From: Sphyrna mokarran
Lineage: Eukaryota
DNA length: 64,000 nt
Direction of reading: 5' to 3'
Assembly: GCA_024679065.1 (NCBI GenBank)
Contig: JAGIQG010000009.1
Span: forward strand, 81,220,001-81,284,000
Numbering within the stretch: position 1 is the stretch's first letter; each line of letters starts with the position of its first letter. The position numbers and the translations under genes are program-made. The notes under the pieces were generated by a model, which saw only the letters and a program-made list of their open reading frames with translations, was not told the DNA's origin and searched no databases. Of this stretch, positions 51,201 to 64,000 are shown piece by piece.

Positions 51201-52606
51201 AGAGTCCTTCCCTACCTGGGAGCTAACTTCCTTGCTCCCAGTCTCCACATCACTATTCCCTCCCCCTAACCTTTCTAGTTTAAAGTCCCCCCAGTAGCCC
51301 TCGCCAGTCTTCCCGCCAAGATATTAGTCCCCCTGGGATTCAGGTGCCACCCGTCTTTGCTGTACAGGTCACACCTGCCCCTAAAGAGGTCCCAATGATC
51401 CAGGAACCGGAATCCCTGCCCCCTGCTCCAGTCCCTCAGCCACGTATTCAACCTCCACCTCATACTATTTCTGCTCTCACTCTCCCGAGGCGCAGGCAGC
51501 AATCCTGAGATTACTCCCTTTCCTCTCTCTCAGCTGCCTACCCAGTTCCCTATAATCCCTTTTCACGTCCACTTCTCTCTTCCTGCCTATGTCAGTAGTA
51601 CCTATATGTACTACAACTTCCAGTTCCTCACCCTCCCCTTTCAGGATATCTGGGACGCGACCAGAGACATCTCGAATCCCAGCTCCAGGGAGACATACCA
51701 CCATCCGCGACTCCCGTCTGCGTCCACAAAAACGCCTGTCCGCCCCCCTCACTAGGGAGTCCCCTGTAAGCACTGCCTTTTTGCTCTTTTTTAGGTTTTT
51801 GTTTTTGTTCAGCTCCAGGGAGCTGGCCACTGCTGCCTGTCTTGGAGGAGCTGTCCCCCACAGTAGTACTCAGGCAAGAGTACTTATTTTGAAGGGGGAC
51901 ATCCACTGGTGTACTTTCCATCACCTGAGGTTTCCCCTTCCGAATAGTTACCCATGTGCCTTCTTCCCTTTGCCCTGGTGTGACTACTTCTCTGTAGCTC
52001 CTATCAATAATCCCCTCATTCTCCCGAATGAGTCGAAGGTCCTCAAGCTGCATTTTCAGTTCTTTTACCTGGTCCCGTAGGGATTGCAGCTCCACACAGC
52101 GATCACAGGTATGGACATCTGGGAGACCAGGAGCCTCCAAGGCCTCCCACATGTTACATTGGCAAAAACCTGCTGGCCTCACACCCATGCTTGCCCCTTT
52201 GTAGTAACCCAGAGAAAAAAAAAGTAAGAAAGATTAAAAAAAAACTTACCTTGCCTCCCCTTTTTGCTTAGGCCCTGTGAGCCAAGGACTTTACAGCTCA
52301 CACAAAATCAAACTTACCTGCTCCTTCTCAGAGCTCCCCTCTCTCTCTCTCTCTTTTTTAGGGTAGAGGAGGAGGGGGGGGGTTGGGATACTCTACTTGT
52401 ATAGAGTATCGGGATTCCACACCTCTCCAATTTATAGTGAGGTTGAAAAAAAAAACTACACTACCCAAGTTCCTTGTAACACTTCCGGGTTTACAAGTTT
52501 AAAAAGTTACAAAAAACTAGTAAAATTTAGACTTAAAAATCGCTCTACTCACTCACAAGCTCTCCACTCGCAAATCGCTGCCTCTCCACAGTGCTCCCAA
52601 GGAACA
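48280..52606 (-). mobile_element. Near full-length CR1 LINE: ORF1 (Zn-finger plus SGNH/GDSL esterase, about 51275-52188) and ORF2 (APE-RT, about 48371-51248), frameshifted
   Basis: CCQC...CDRC, GDSLVRG and DGWHLN in ORF1; NARS, YRPP, GDFN, GVPQGSVLGP and FADD in ORF2; 5-bp TSD ctaac (48275-48279, 52607-52611); empty site at about 23062. Confidence 0.95.
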
Positions 52607-53477
52607 CTAACGTGCAGAAGAAGTCCATTTGGCCCATCGAATCTACACCATCAACAATCCCATCCCACGTCCTATTTCTGCGACCCCACACATTTACCTC
52701 ACTAATCTCTCTAACCTCCACATCCTGGGACACTAAGGGGCAATTTAGCATGGCCAATCAACCTAACCCACATATCTTTGACTGTGGAAGGAATCTGGAG
52801 CACCCAAAGAAAATCCACGCAGACACGGGGAGAATGTGCAAATTGCACAGTGATCCAAACCAGGAATCAAGCCCAGGTCCTTGGAGCTGTTAGACAGCAG
52901 TGTTAACCACTGTGCCACCTGGTTCTAAACCATGACCACGGTGTGGGAATAAAAATCTTAAAGTTGTTGGCAATGTTGTTCCATTTGTGATTCTCTGGAA
53001 ATAAAATCACAAGGTGCATTCTGTTCGAGGAGGGAATGGATTCAGCAATCTGAAAGTTTAAGCTGTTGTTGTATAGAGTTCACTCTGGGCCCGATTTTAC
53101 CAATTGGAGCCTAAGGGCCGGATCCAGGAATAATACCGAACCGAGCCCGGAATTGTCACTGCAGCGAGCCCATACGCTTATTATATATATTTTGAAATAA
53201 TGTAGCATCTTCTTTGTGCTGCCTAATTATCTCTGGGAAAGGTAATTAAACTACAGTGTCCTAGTGAGCAATTAGTGAGCTGTATGTCCCTGTAACCATG
53301 AGCCCGGTGCTCAAATGTTCAGTCATGTGGGGAACTTGGAAGAATTGTCCCCGTGGTGGAACTTGGTTGGAAATAAGATTCAAGGAGATTATTAAATCTG
53401 GGAAATCAACCATAGTGAAAAGAAGTTTGTATTGGTAACTCTTCTCTCACATTCCATGGCAGATGTGTCCCTACTTA

Positions 53478-54159
53478 GAACATAGAACATTACAGCGCAG
53501 TACAAGCCCTTCGGCCCTCGATGTTGCGCCGGCCAGTGGACCCTCTAACCTAAACTATTCCAATATCATCCATATGCCTATCCACCGAACATTTGAATGC
53601 CCCCAAAGTAGGCGAGTCCACAACTGCTGCAGGCAGGGCATTCCATGCTCTCACCAACCTCTGTGTAAAGAACCTGCCTCTGACATCCGTCCTGTAACTA
53701 CCAACTCTTAATTTAAAGTTATGTCCCCTCGTGTTGGTCATCACCATCCGGGGAAAAAGGCTTTCACTATCCACCCTATCCAATCCTTTGATCATCTTAT
53801 ACGCCTCAATTAGGTCACCGCGTAACCTTCTTCTCTCTAATGAAAATAACCTCAGGTCCCTCAGCCTTTCCTCATAAGGCCTTCCCACCATACCATGCAA
53901 CATCCTGGTAAACCTCCTCTGCACCCTTTCCAATGCTTCCACATCTTTCTTATAATGCGGCGACCACAACTGTACGCAATACTCCAAGTGCGGCCGCACC
54001 AGAGTTTTGTACAGTTGTAACATAACCTCACGGCTCCTAAATTAAATACCTCTACCAATAAAAGCTGACACACTGTACGCCTTCTTAACAACTTTATCAA
54101 CCTGGGTGCCAACTTTCAAAGAGCTATGTACTTGTACCCCAAGATCCCTCTGCTCGAAT
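53478..54159 (-). mobile_element. 5'-truncated CR1 with 8-bp TSD cctactta
   Basis: ORF 53550-54023; TSD at 53470-53477 and 54160-54167; empty site at 23945-23952. Confidence 0.92.
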
Positions 54160-55269
54160 CCTACTTATGAATGTGATTTGCACGGACAACGTTGGGTGCA
54201 GCTAATCTGCCTCTGGAACAGCCTTGGATCCTTTCTTTCTTCTTTTCATCTGAACATTGCACAGAATTAGAGGAATTCCCTTTGGAAAATAATGTCAAAA
54301 TTATAATGGCAGGAACTAAAAACCCAACAGTCAAAAATTTGGGAAAATATTTCAAAATATGGATGGGGGATAGATATTTTGAAATATTTCCCCAAAGACT
54401 GTCAGATTGGAAGATTGAAACGTAACCAACAGAGGAAGTGAAAGAAGCAGCCGAATATTTGTTACTGAGATGGGAACAATTATCTGAACAACATTAAACT
54501 TTCAGACTCAAAACAAATAAAAACACAAGCAGTGGAGGGGGTGGGAGGAATCTTGGAGACTGACACCGACAGGAACAATCTAAACAGCTGAAACTCCCAT
54601 TTCCTCAGTCCCTGCCCGTCACTGCTCAGGAACTCCCCGAGGGGAACCCTCTCGCTCTGACACTCTCTCCCTCTCTCTCTGCTTCTGTCTTTCTCTCCTC
54701 TCTCTCACTCCTCTCTCTGGTTGAAAGCTTTAGCAACTTGCAGCAAATTAATTCATTTCCATCTTTCTAATGATTTGAAAAATTCACTGAGTGACATTTA
54801 GAGGGAAAATCTAAATTTTTCCCTCTCACTCACTCCACCTGACACCGGGAAATGGTCAATACCGTTTTACTGTACCAGTTCGAGCAGCTGGATGTTTGTT
54901 ACTGAGACGGGAGAAAATGGTGAACATTGTTCACTACCTCCAATCTCCCAGCACAGAAGGCACAGTGGGATACAGTCAGGAGGGAGTTATCCTGGGAATC
55001 CTCAACAACATTCCAGACTCATTCATTACTTGCTGAAACAATGGGAGTAGTGAGACCGTGTGAGAGGAGAAGGCCAAGGGGGAGGGGGTGAATATGGGAT
55101 GGACAACTGTGACTGTGATGGTTTAAACCCAGCAACTTTCAGTTTCTTTTCTGTTTTCAATCTTGTCAGTCTTCTAACTTGTCAGTAAGATTCCAGATCT
55201 AACTGATCGTTTTCAAATGATAGATCATTAGATTTGAATCCAATCTTCTGCTGATGTGTCATTGATGAT

Positions 55270-55395
55270 GATGTGGAGGTGTCGGCGTTGGACTGGGGTA
55301 AACACAGTAAGAAATCTCACACCACCCGGCTAAAGTCCAACAGGTTTATTTAGTCCTGTTGGACTTTAACCTCGTGTCAGACTGATTACTGTGTC
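55270..55395. mobile_element. Penelope-like palindromic element remnant with the centre deleted
   Basis: gatgtggaggtgtcggcgttggactgggg end plus taaagtccaacagg / cctgttggacttta inverted arms. Confidence 0.65.
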
Positions 55396-55611
55396 ATTGA
55401 TTGACAGTCCAAGCAACCAATCAGGACAATCACTTGTTGAAATGCAGCCAATCAGCTGATGGGGAGGTGGGACATTTCCAAAGCACTCACCAGACATATA
55501 CTGAATATTCTTAATGTTTATTACCTTTTACACATTGACATTGACAGAAAAATGACTTGAATAAACAGTCCAGCCAGAGGAAGCTGGAGAAATTCACAGG
55601 GAGAATGGAGG

Positions 55612-55617
55612 TTTATT
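55612..55617 (-). terminator. Probable polyadenylation signal, cluster 3
   Basis: First canonical AATAAA, about 380 nt after the stop codon. Confidence 0.65.
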
Positions 55618-55995
55618 AAAACACTTGTGGAGATTTTCTCAATAACATGAGAATCCTGTCCCTTTAAACAGTGACTAAAGCTTCAATTGTAACTGCAGGG
55701 TGAGCAGGAAGGAGGTCTGGTTTACTGAAGCAGATACTTCAGAGGGTCACATTATTTCTGAACAGCTGACAGTATTCAGCACTCCCAGTAAAGGCACAGC
55801 ACAGGGTTAATAGAGAGTAAAGCTCCCTCTCCAATATCCCAACAATGTTCTTTAACTCCTGACCCTCAGAAGTGTTTCAGACCCAGTCCCAGGAAGGAAG
55901 AGAATTGTAATTCATTGCTGACAGTGACCTTTACCCTTCCAGCTCACCCCTGTTCTATCCAAGTTGTGTCTCCTCTGTGGACTGTCTCTAACACT

Positions 55996-56324
55996 CTAGG
56001 CACATTCTGAACTCCTGACACTCTTGCTGAGGGGAGAGGAGAGGCTCACGTGGGTGAGGGCACAGGAGAAGCGAGCATTGGACTCCCAGTCGGAGCCAGA
56101 GAGGGTCAGCAGGCTGCTGACGCTGTAGGTGTTGTCCGAAGCTCGCAGGTAGTTGCTGGTCTGAATCCCGTTGGAAATGGCTGCACCGTCCTTCTTCCAC
56201 TTCACCTCCACCTCATCGGGATAGAAGTGATTGGCAAGGCACACCAGGGTGGCAGTGCCCTTGGTCTTGACCTCCTCCGGGGAGGGGGGCAGCAGGGTCA
56301 GCGTGGGTTGTGAATTCTCACGGG
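55996..56324 (-). CDS. IGKC: Ig kappa-type constant exon, cluster 3
   Basis: 329-nt exon with 4 differences from cluster 2 C by eye (3 synonymous, one Asp/Asn); intact acceptor and stop. Confidence 0.97.
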
Positions 56325-59300
56325 CTGAAAGAGAAGAGAAGGAATTTTAATCACTGCCATTTTCAGCCTTTCAACATCCCGAATATTAACTGGGATCAAA
56401 TCAGTGTCAATGATTTGATGTTGCAGAATTCTGAAAATCCATTCCGGGGGAACGTTTTTAACCAGTACGGAACAATCCCAACAAGAGAAGGGTCAGTTTT
56501 AGCAGTTTTAGAGAATGAAACTCAGCATGTGGAAGGTGTATCAGTGAGAGAGCATTTGGGTAATAATGATCATAATAGATTTAGAGTAGCTCCGGAAGAG
56601 GGGAAAGATCGATCAAGAGTAAACGTTTTAAATGGGAAAAGGCCAATTTCACTAAACTGGAATTTGCCAAAATGGAAAGGAAACAGTGACTTGAAGGTAA
56701 ATCAGTGTCAGAGCAGTGGGAGGATATTCGAGCTGGAGATAGAGTTCAGGACATATATGTTCATCAAGCAATAGTGTGGGACATTGCAAAGAGAATAACT
56801 AAGGATTAAATAGGGCTGATTACAGAGCGAAAAGGTAACTTGTGTGTGGAAAGAGAAGACGTATAGCTGGTTCTTAATGAATAATTTACATCAAATATCA
56901 TAAGTGGGAGAGACAAAGTTGACATTGTAGTTCAAGAGGGGAGGGATTGTGAAATAATTCATGGGATAATGATAGTGAGCGAGGAGATATTAATGTATTT
57001 ATCATCTTTTAAAATGGAGAAATTCCCAGGGCCGGGTGAAATATATCCCAGGATGCGAAGCAAAGAACAGGAAGAAATAGCAGACACTCTGACCATTATT
57101 TTCCGATCCTCTCTGGGTATAGGTGTTAGTGTAGGTGGACTGGATGATGGAGAATGCTTTTTAAAATTAAAAGCTGGTGGAATCCAAGGGAAAGTGGCAC
57201 ATTGGACTTCAAATTCGTTTAATGTCTAAGGGTAAAGGTTTGATCTGAAACTGGTTGAATCATTTTGCAATGTTACTGAAACATTTGTAAAGGCGGTTAC
57301 TACAAATTCAGCACTGAAATGGTTAATAGTGAGTGTATTTAAAGACACAGTGTCCCTTTAAGAGACTGTTAACCAATCAGGAAGCTGGAATTATTGCTCA
57401 GTCTGTCTGGGGGAAACAGGTTGAGCATCACCAAACCTCAGATCACACACAGATCAGGAGAACTTTATCCCAGAACATTGGAGCAGACTTGGATCAACAC
57501 ACCACACAGGATTCCCATTGGCTGGTGTAGAAACTTCTAGATTTCATTTCAAACCTTACCGCCCAGCACTGGGCTGAGGTCAAGGGTGAGGCTAGAATTA
57601 GTCTCAGTGTCCAGGGGTCAGACAGGGTCACTGCTCCGAATGACCCCATGAACTCTGGAGGATGTGAGTATGTGGAGAATGGGAGAGAGTCAGGATCAGG
57701 AATCTTTAATCTCAAAGACCGAATTACATTTCTATAGCACCCGTCACCACCTCAGAATGTCTCAATGTGTTTTACAGCTCATTGTGCACAGCAAGATCCC
57801 AAGGGAGCAGAGTGAGAAAGAACAGATAAGCAGATTTGTAGTGATATTGATTGAGGGATGAATATTGACCAGTTCACCGGGGTGAACTCCCCTACTCTTC
57901 TTCCAATAGTACCATGGGATCTTTCACACCCCCTGAGAGGGCAGATATCAGATTGTCTCATCTGAAAGATGGGAGGCCTGTCGTTTAGAGGGGGGGATAT
58001 GACAGGTACTGGCCCTTTCCCCATGAAGATTTTGGAAGTGGATGGGGAAAGTGGGAGGTGAACCAGAGAAACATCTTTGTTGCTGCCGCAACTCTTGCTA
58101 TCTGCTCAGCCACAACTAATAAACACACAGACACATCAGACAAACATCAGTCTGTTTCTGTGGATTCTCTGCTGCTTTCAGTTCAATGAAGAGTGCAGGA
58201 GGACATGCCAGGAGCAACAACAGACAGACTGAAAAATGAGGTGTTAACCTGGTGAAGCTACAACACAGAGACTGTGTGCCAAACAGCAGAAGCAGCAAGT
58301 GATAGACAGAGTTAAACCATCCCACAACCAATGGATCAGATCTAAGCTCTGCAGTCCTGCCACATCCAGCCGTGAATGGTGGTGGACAATTAAACAACTC
58401 ACTGGAGGAGGAGGCACCACAAATATTCCCATCCTCAATGATGGAGGAACCCAGCACATCAGTGCAAAAGATAAGGCTGAAGCATTTGCAGGAATCTTCA
58501 GTCAGAAGTTCTTAGTGGATGATCCATCTCGACCTTCCCCGGAGGTCCTGAAGACTTGTACTCCAGAACTTCCTGTGTCCCTAACCAAGCTGTTCCTGTA
58601 CATCTACAACACTGGCATCAACACAACATTGTGATAAATTACCCGGTTATGAACTGCACGAAAAACAGGACAAATCCAATCTACACAATAAGCACCCCAT
58701 CAGTCTACTCTCGATCATTAGCAATGTGATCTGAACATATCCAGAGCGATACCAAGCAGCACTTACTCAGCAATAATCTGCTCGCTGACACTCAGTTTGT
58801 GTTCCACGAGGATCACTCAGCTCCTGATCACATTACAGTCTTGTTTCAAACATGGACAAAAGAGCTGAACTCCAGAGGTGAGGTGAGAGAGACTGTCCTT
58901 AACGTCAAGGCAGCATTTCAGCAAGTGTGGCATCAAGGAGCCCTCACAAAACTGGAGCCAATGGGAATCAGGGGAAAACTCTCCACTGGTTGGAGTTGTA
59001 CCCGGCACAAAGGAAGATGGTTGTTGTTTGGGGTTTAACTCTACAATCTATATTAATGAGGTGGATGAAGGGAATAAGAGGAATGTCACTAAACTTGCTG
59101 ATGAGAAAATGACAAATAGAAATGCATGTTGTGAGGAGGATTCAGAGTCTGAAAAGGGATAGAGATAGGTTTAATGAGTGGGGCAACATCAACAGATGGA
59201 GAATAATGTGGGAAAATGTCAGGTTGTCTACATTGGCAGGAAAATAGAGCAGAATACTAGTAAACTGGAGAAATTCTATCGAGTGATCTGGGGTCTTTGC

Positions 59301-60364
59301 ATCCAGGAACAGCAAAAAATTCAGAAGGCAAATGGAATGTTGCTCTTCATTCCAATGAGGATGAGTATAAAAGGAGGGATGTTTTGCTCCAGCACATTGG
59401 GAAAATCACACTGAGAATATTGTGGACACTTAGGGTCTCTGCATTTAAGGAAAGATATAGTAGAATTGGAAAGAGTTCAGAGATGGTTCACTGGGCTGAT
59501 TCCACCGAGTAAGGGATTGTCTTATGAGGAAAGCTTGAGCAGGTTGGGCCGATACTCATTGAAGTAGAACTTATTCCATCACCTCAGCACCATCTTCACC
59601 AGGGCAATTAGGGATGGGTGATAAATACTGGTCTGCAGAGAATCACAGGAAATAGGAACAGGAATAGGCCATTTGGCCCTTTGAGTCTGTTCCACTATTC
59701 ATCATGGTCATGGCTGATCATCCAATCAGTAGTCAGATCCTCCCTTCCTCAACAAATCCTTTCATCCTATTCACCTCAAGAGATAAATCTAACTCCTTCT
59801 TGAAAATGTACAATATTTTTGCTTTAACTGCTTTCTGTGATAGTGAATTTCACAGGTTTACCTCTCACTGGGTGAAGGGATTTCTCCTCATCTCAGTCCT
59901 AAAAGGGTTTAACCCATATTCTCAGACTATAATACCTCAAACTGGATGCTTCCAGCATTGGGAACATGCTTCCTATATCTATCCTGACTAGTCCTGTTTG
60001 AATTTTATAGATTTTTATGTGATCCCCTCTCATTCTTCTGAATTGCAGTGTGGGCAGCACGGTGACACAGTGGTTAGCACTGCTGCCTCACAGTGCCAGG
60101 GACCCAGGTTCAATTACAAGGTTGGTCATTATCTGGGTAGAGTTTGCACATTCTCCACATATCTGCATGAGTTTCCTCCAGGTTGTCTGGTTTCCTCCCA
60201 CAGTCCAAAAGGTGTGCAGCTTTGTTTAATTGTCCAAGCTAAATTCTCCCTCAATATACTCGAAGAGGTGCCAGAAAGTGGCCATGTTAGGATTTTCACA
60301 GTGACTTCATTGCAGTGTGAATGTAAGGCTACTTGTAACTAATAAATAAACTTCTAAAAAAAAA

Positions 60365-61915
60365 ATGGGACCACATTCGCTATCCTCCAGTCCTCCAGAA
60401 CCACACCTGTAACCAACGATGACCTGAAGATCAGAGCCAGAGGCTCTGCAATCTCCTCTCTTGCCTCCCAGAGAATCCTACGGTAAATCCCGTCTGGCCC
60501 AGGGGACTTATCCAACTTCAAACCCTCGAGAATTTCTAGCACATCCTCCCTATCTACTATAATACTTCCCAATTTGCAACCCTGTACCTCAGTGTTCTCC
60601 ATAACTACATTTACATCACCCTGCGTGAATACCGAAGAGAAATATTTATTCAGTGCCTCTCCAATCTCTTCAGGCTCCACGCACAACTTCCCACTGCTGT
60701 CTATGACTGGCCCTAATCTTGCCCTAACCAATCTTCTATTCTTAACATATCTAAAGAAAGCTTTAGGATTCTCCTTAATCCTATCAGCCAAAATCTTCTC
60801 GTGTCCCCTCTTAGCTCTCCTCAATTCACTCTTTAGCTCCCTCCTGGCTAATCTATAGCTGTCCATTGCACTAACTGAGCCTTCAAGCCTCATCCTGACA
60901 TAAGCCTCCTTTTTCCTTTTAACCAGCAAATCAACTTTTTTCGTACACCAAGGTTCTCTTACTCGACCATTTCCTCCTTGCCTGACAGGGACATACTTAT
61001 CAAGGACTTGCAGCAGCTGCTCCTTGAATAAGCTCCACATTCCAGATGTTCCCAGTCCCTGTAGTTTCCTAGTCCAATCTATGCACCAACCTTTGTGTGA
61101 AGAAACTCTTCTGCAACTCTGATCTGAACCAACCCCCACACCGCCCTAATCTTGGCGCTGTGCCCTCTAGTCCTGCTATCTTTGCTAAGCAAGAAGAGTC
61201 TCTCAACCTCTACCCTATCCATCCCCTTCATTATCTTATATGTCTCTATAAGATCCCCTCTCAGCCTTCTAAACTCCAAAGAGTACAAACCTAGCCTATT
61301 CACTCTCTCCTCAAATCCGGTATCAGCCTAATAAACCTTCTCTGCATCCCCTCCAAGGCCAATATATCCCTCCTCGAATGTGGCGACCACAACTACACAC
61401 AGTACTCCAGCTGCAGCCTCACCAGTGCCCTATACAGCTGCAACAGAACCTCCCTACTTTTATATTCTATCCTCCTGGCTATAAAGGCCAACATTGCATT
61501 TGCCTTCTTAATCACCTGCTGCACCTGTATACTGTGTTTTTGCGATTCGTGCACAAGGACCCCCCGGTCCCTCTGCATCGTCGCATGCTGCAGCTTTTCG
61601 CCATTCAAATAATAATCCTTCCTACCATTATTTTTACCAAAGTGGATAACCTCACACTTGCTAACATTACACTCCATCTGCCAGGTCCTCGCCCACTCAC
61701 TCAACCTATCCCGATCTCTCTGCAGGCTTTCCACATCCTCTGCACAATTTGCTTTTCCACTCATCGTGTCATCAGCAAATTTCATCACCCTGCACCCAAA
61801 ACCTTCCTCCAGATCATCTGTGTAAATGGTAAATAGTTGAGGCCCCAGCACCGAATCCTGGGGCATTCCACTAGTCACCAGCTGCCAATCAGAATAACAT
61901 CCATTAATATCTACA
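60365..61915 (-). mobile_element. Two fused CR1 ORF2 fragments replacing about 650 bp of the J-C intron in cluster 3
   Basis: ORFs 60354-61139 and 61393-61926; the flanks match 30415 and about 31065. Confidence 0.85.
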
Positions 61916-62300
61916 ATAGCACCCATTAATACCTACATTAATACTCATTAATACATCAGTCCCATTATAACAGGAATCTATTTGACATACATTCTCTGCA
62001 CTTCCTCTGGAGCAAAAATATCCTTCCTGACATAGGGAGACCAAAACTGTGCACAATATTCCCAGTGCTGTCTCACCAAAGCCCTGTATAACTACAGCAG
62101 ATCAGACTTATGAAGACATAGAGCAGATACGAAGGAACTTTTCCCCTTTTAGCAGTAGATTCAAAAACCAGGGAGCATAAATTTAATTTCAGAAGCAGAA
62201 AATTTTGAGGGATTGAAGGAAAAACCTTTTCGCTCAGAGGGTGTTGGGAATCTGGAACTCACTGCCTGAAAGTGTGGTGGAGACAGGAACCCTCACAACA

Positions 62301-62744
62301 CTTATTTATTTATTTATTTTTATTTATTGGCTCTTGTATACAAAGAGCAACACAGCACGGGAAACAGGCCATTCGGCCCAACGAGCCCGCGCCGCCGTCT
62401 TACCTCAAAGTGGCAAATTATTTTCCCTATTCTAATAAGTAAATCCTAATGGAAGAATCCAAATATGGGGACAATTTGTTTCCCAATCAGCCTAAGAGCG
62501 AATTTTTGGGGTGTGGGAGGAAACCGGAGCGCCTGGAGAAAACCCACGCATCCACGGGGAGAACGCGCAAACTCCCGCAGACACCGGCCCAATTCCAAGT
62601 GTCTGCACAGCTACAGCGGTAGTCACTGAGCTGTCCTGGTGCCCTTAGATGTTCCAGATAAAGCTTGCATACTCGACATGAAGCTCCAGGCAACCCATGA
62701 ATCAACATCCAACATCCTCGCACCCCCTGCCGAATGCAAGCTTA
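62301..62744 (-). mobile_element. SINE-containing LINE-tail element with (AAAT)n end, cluster-3 J-C intron
   Basis: Related to but clearly diverged from 31416-31958; ctta at both ends (possible TSD). Confidence 0.75.
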
Positions 62745-64000
62745 AGAAGCATTTAGATGAGCATTTGAATTTGCAAAGCATACAAGGCTACGGATCAAGT
62801 GTTTAGAATAGTTAGGAATAGAATAGTTCGGAGCTTGATGGCCGTCAGAGACAGGATGGGCCGAAGGGCCTCTTTCTGTGCTGTAAATGTCTATGACACT
62901 CTGACTGAGCCAAGATGGCCGAGAATGTAAAGTGACCAACTTCTGGAAAATTCCGATGTGGATTATATTTGACAGACCAGACTCGAGAGAAGATGGAATA
63001 TCACACCTGAAAGGTATCAGGGACTTCTTCAAACAGAAAATAGAAATGCAGATAGAAAAAATGCTGAAGACTAAATTTTATTCTCCTGTTGTTACGGAGA
63101 CAATGGAGTCTGATTGTCACATCTCAGTAGACATCCAAAACTCATCTCCTGTTGAGTTATATCCCAGAATGTGGAAATGGTCTGAGTTCAAAGTAAACTG
63201 ACTCTACGGTGAAAGACATGTTTATTATATTTCAGGAAACAACAGGGAAATGGGTTAAAAATCCAACTGTGTACCTGAGCTGTGTGTACTGGTGCTGGGG
63301 TGACAGAATGTGAGTTGAGACATTTTTCGGGTTCTCCAGTTTCCTCCCACAATCCAAAGATCTGCAGGTTCGATGGATTGGCCATGCTAAATTATTCCCA
63401 GTGTGTTCTTTAGGTGGGTTAGCAATGGTAAATGCAGAGTGTTACAGGGAGCCTGGGTACTTTTTGAGAGAATCGGGTGAAAAGATTTCCCTCACGTCTC
63501 TCAAAATCTGCTGCCCCTGTGATTAACGGGAAAAGTTTCCTCATATCTACCCGATCTCTGTCTCTCATAATTCTGTCGATGGACTGAATATCCTCCTCCT
63601 GCACTGTAGGGATTCAATGGCTAATAAAAAACTACACGGACTGTGTAAAGTTTTCACAGGTGAAAGGATCCATTTTAAATGAACCCTGTTGTGATCAATC
63701 GAGGGCGGGATCCCAGCTGATTATTCCTCACCCAGAGGAAAACAAAATTGGGATCCAGTTCAGGAAGTTAACAAATGAGGGACCCTGTCTGAGGACTGGT
63801 CACAACATGTACACAGCAAGATCCCACACACAGCAATGAGAACAATCAGCATTTCCAGTGATGTTGGATCCGGGATAAATGTCGAATTGAACTCATCCCA
63901 AACAGAAAGTAACAAAAGCTTGGAACACTGAAGCCACTGGATTGTGAGCCCTGCTGTGGCTGTTTGTCATCAGAACTTCAGCAAGAGATAAGCAGGGAGT

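Larger units (their letters stand above)
27599..57529. repeat. Tandem segmental repeat unit 2 (about 29.9 kb); unit 3 begins at 57530
   Basis: Colinear with unit 1. The length difference comes from unit-specific TE insertions and VNTR copy number. Confidence 0.95.

Overview
Eukaryotic genomic DNA from a cartilaginous fish (shark-type): part of a tandem array of immunoglobulin kappa-type (type III / NS4-like) light-chain miniclusters, all on the minus strand in unrearranged L-V-[12-RSS]...[23-RSS]-J-intron-C configuration. The repeat period is about 27.6 kb then 29.9 kb (positions 1, 27599 and 57530 are equivalent). The window holds L/V/J of cluster 1 (its C lies left of the window), a complete cluster 2 (L 35486-35534, V 35002-35299, J 33457-33491, C 26062-26390) and the C exon of cluster 3 (55996-56324; its J/V lie right of the window). 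Most remaining sequence is retroelement debris: CR1 and L2-like LINEs (one near full length), tRNA-derived V-SINE-like elements, a Gypsy remnant with an LTR, and Penelope-type palindromic elements. The most notable observations are: (1) a cluster-2-specific insertion that puts a sense-strand minimal hammerhead ribozyme inside a perfect 45-bp hairpin in the predicted C-kappa 3' UTR; (2) a PU.1-IRF (EICE) plus E-box module present three times per repeat unit, including as an inverted duplicate; (3) a 61-bp VNTR (6 vs 20 copies) filling the V-J interval, each unit carrying a weak cryptic 23-RSS; (4) a non-canonical FAKG J motif and strongly CDR-focused V divergence. Species identity and all functional claims are untested; coordinates were read by eye and TE boundaries are approximate.
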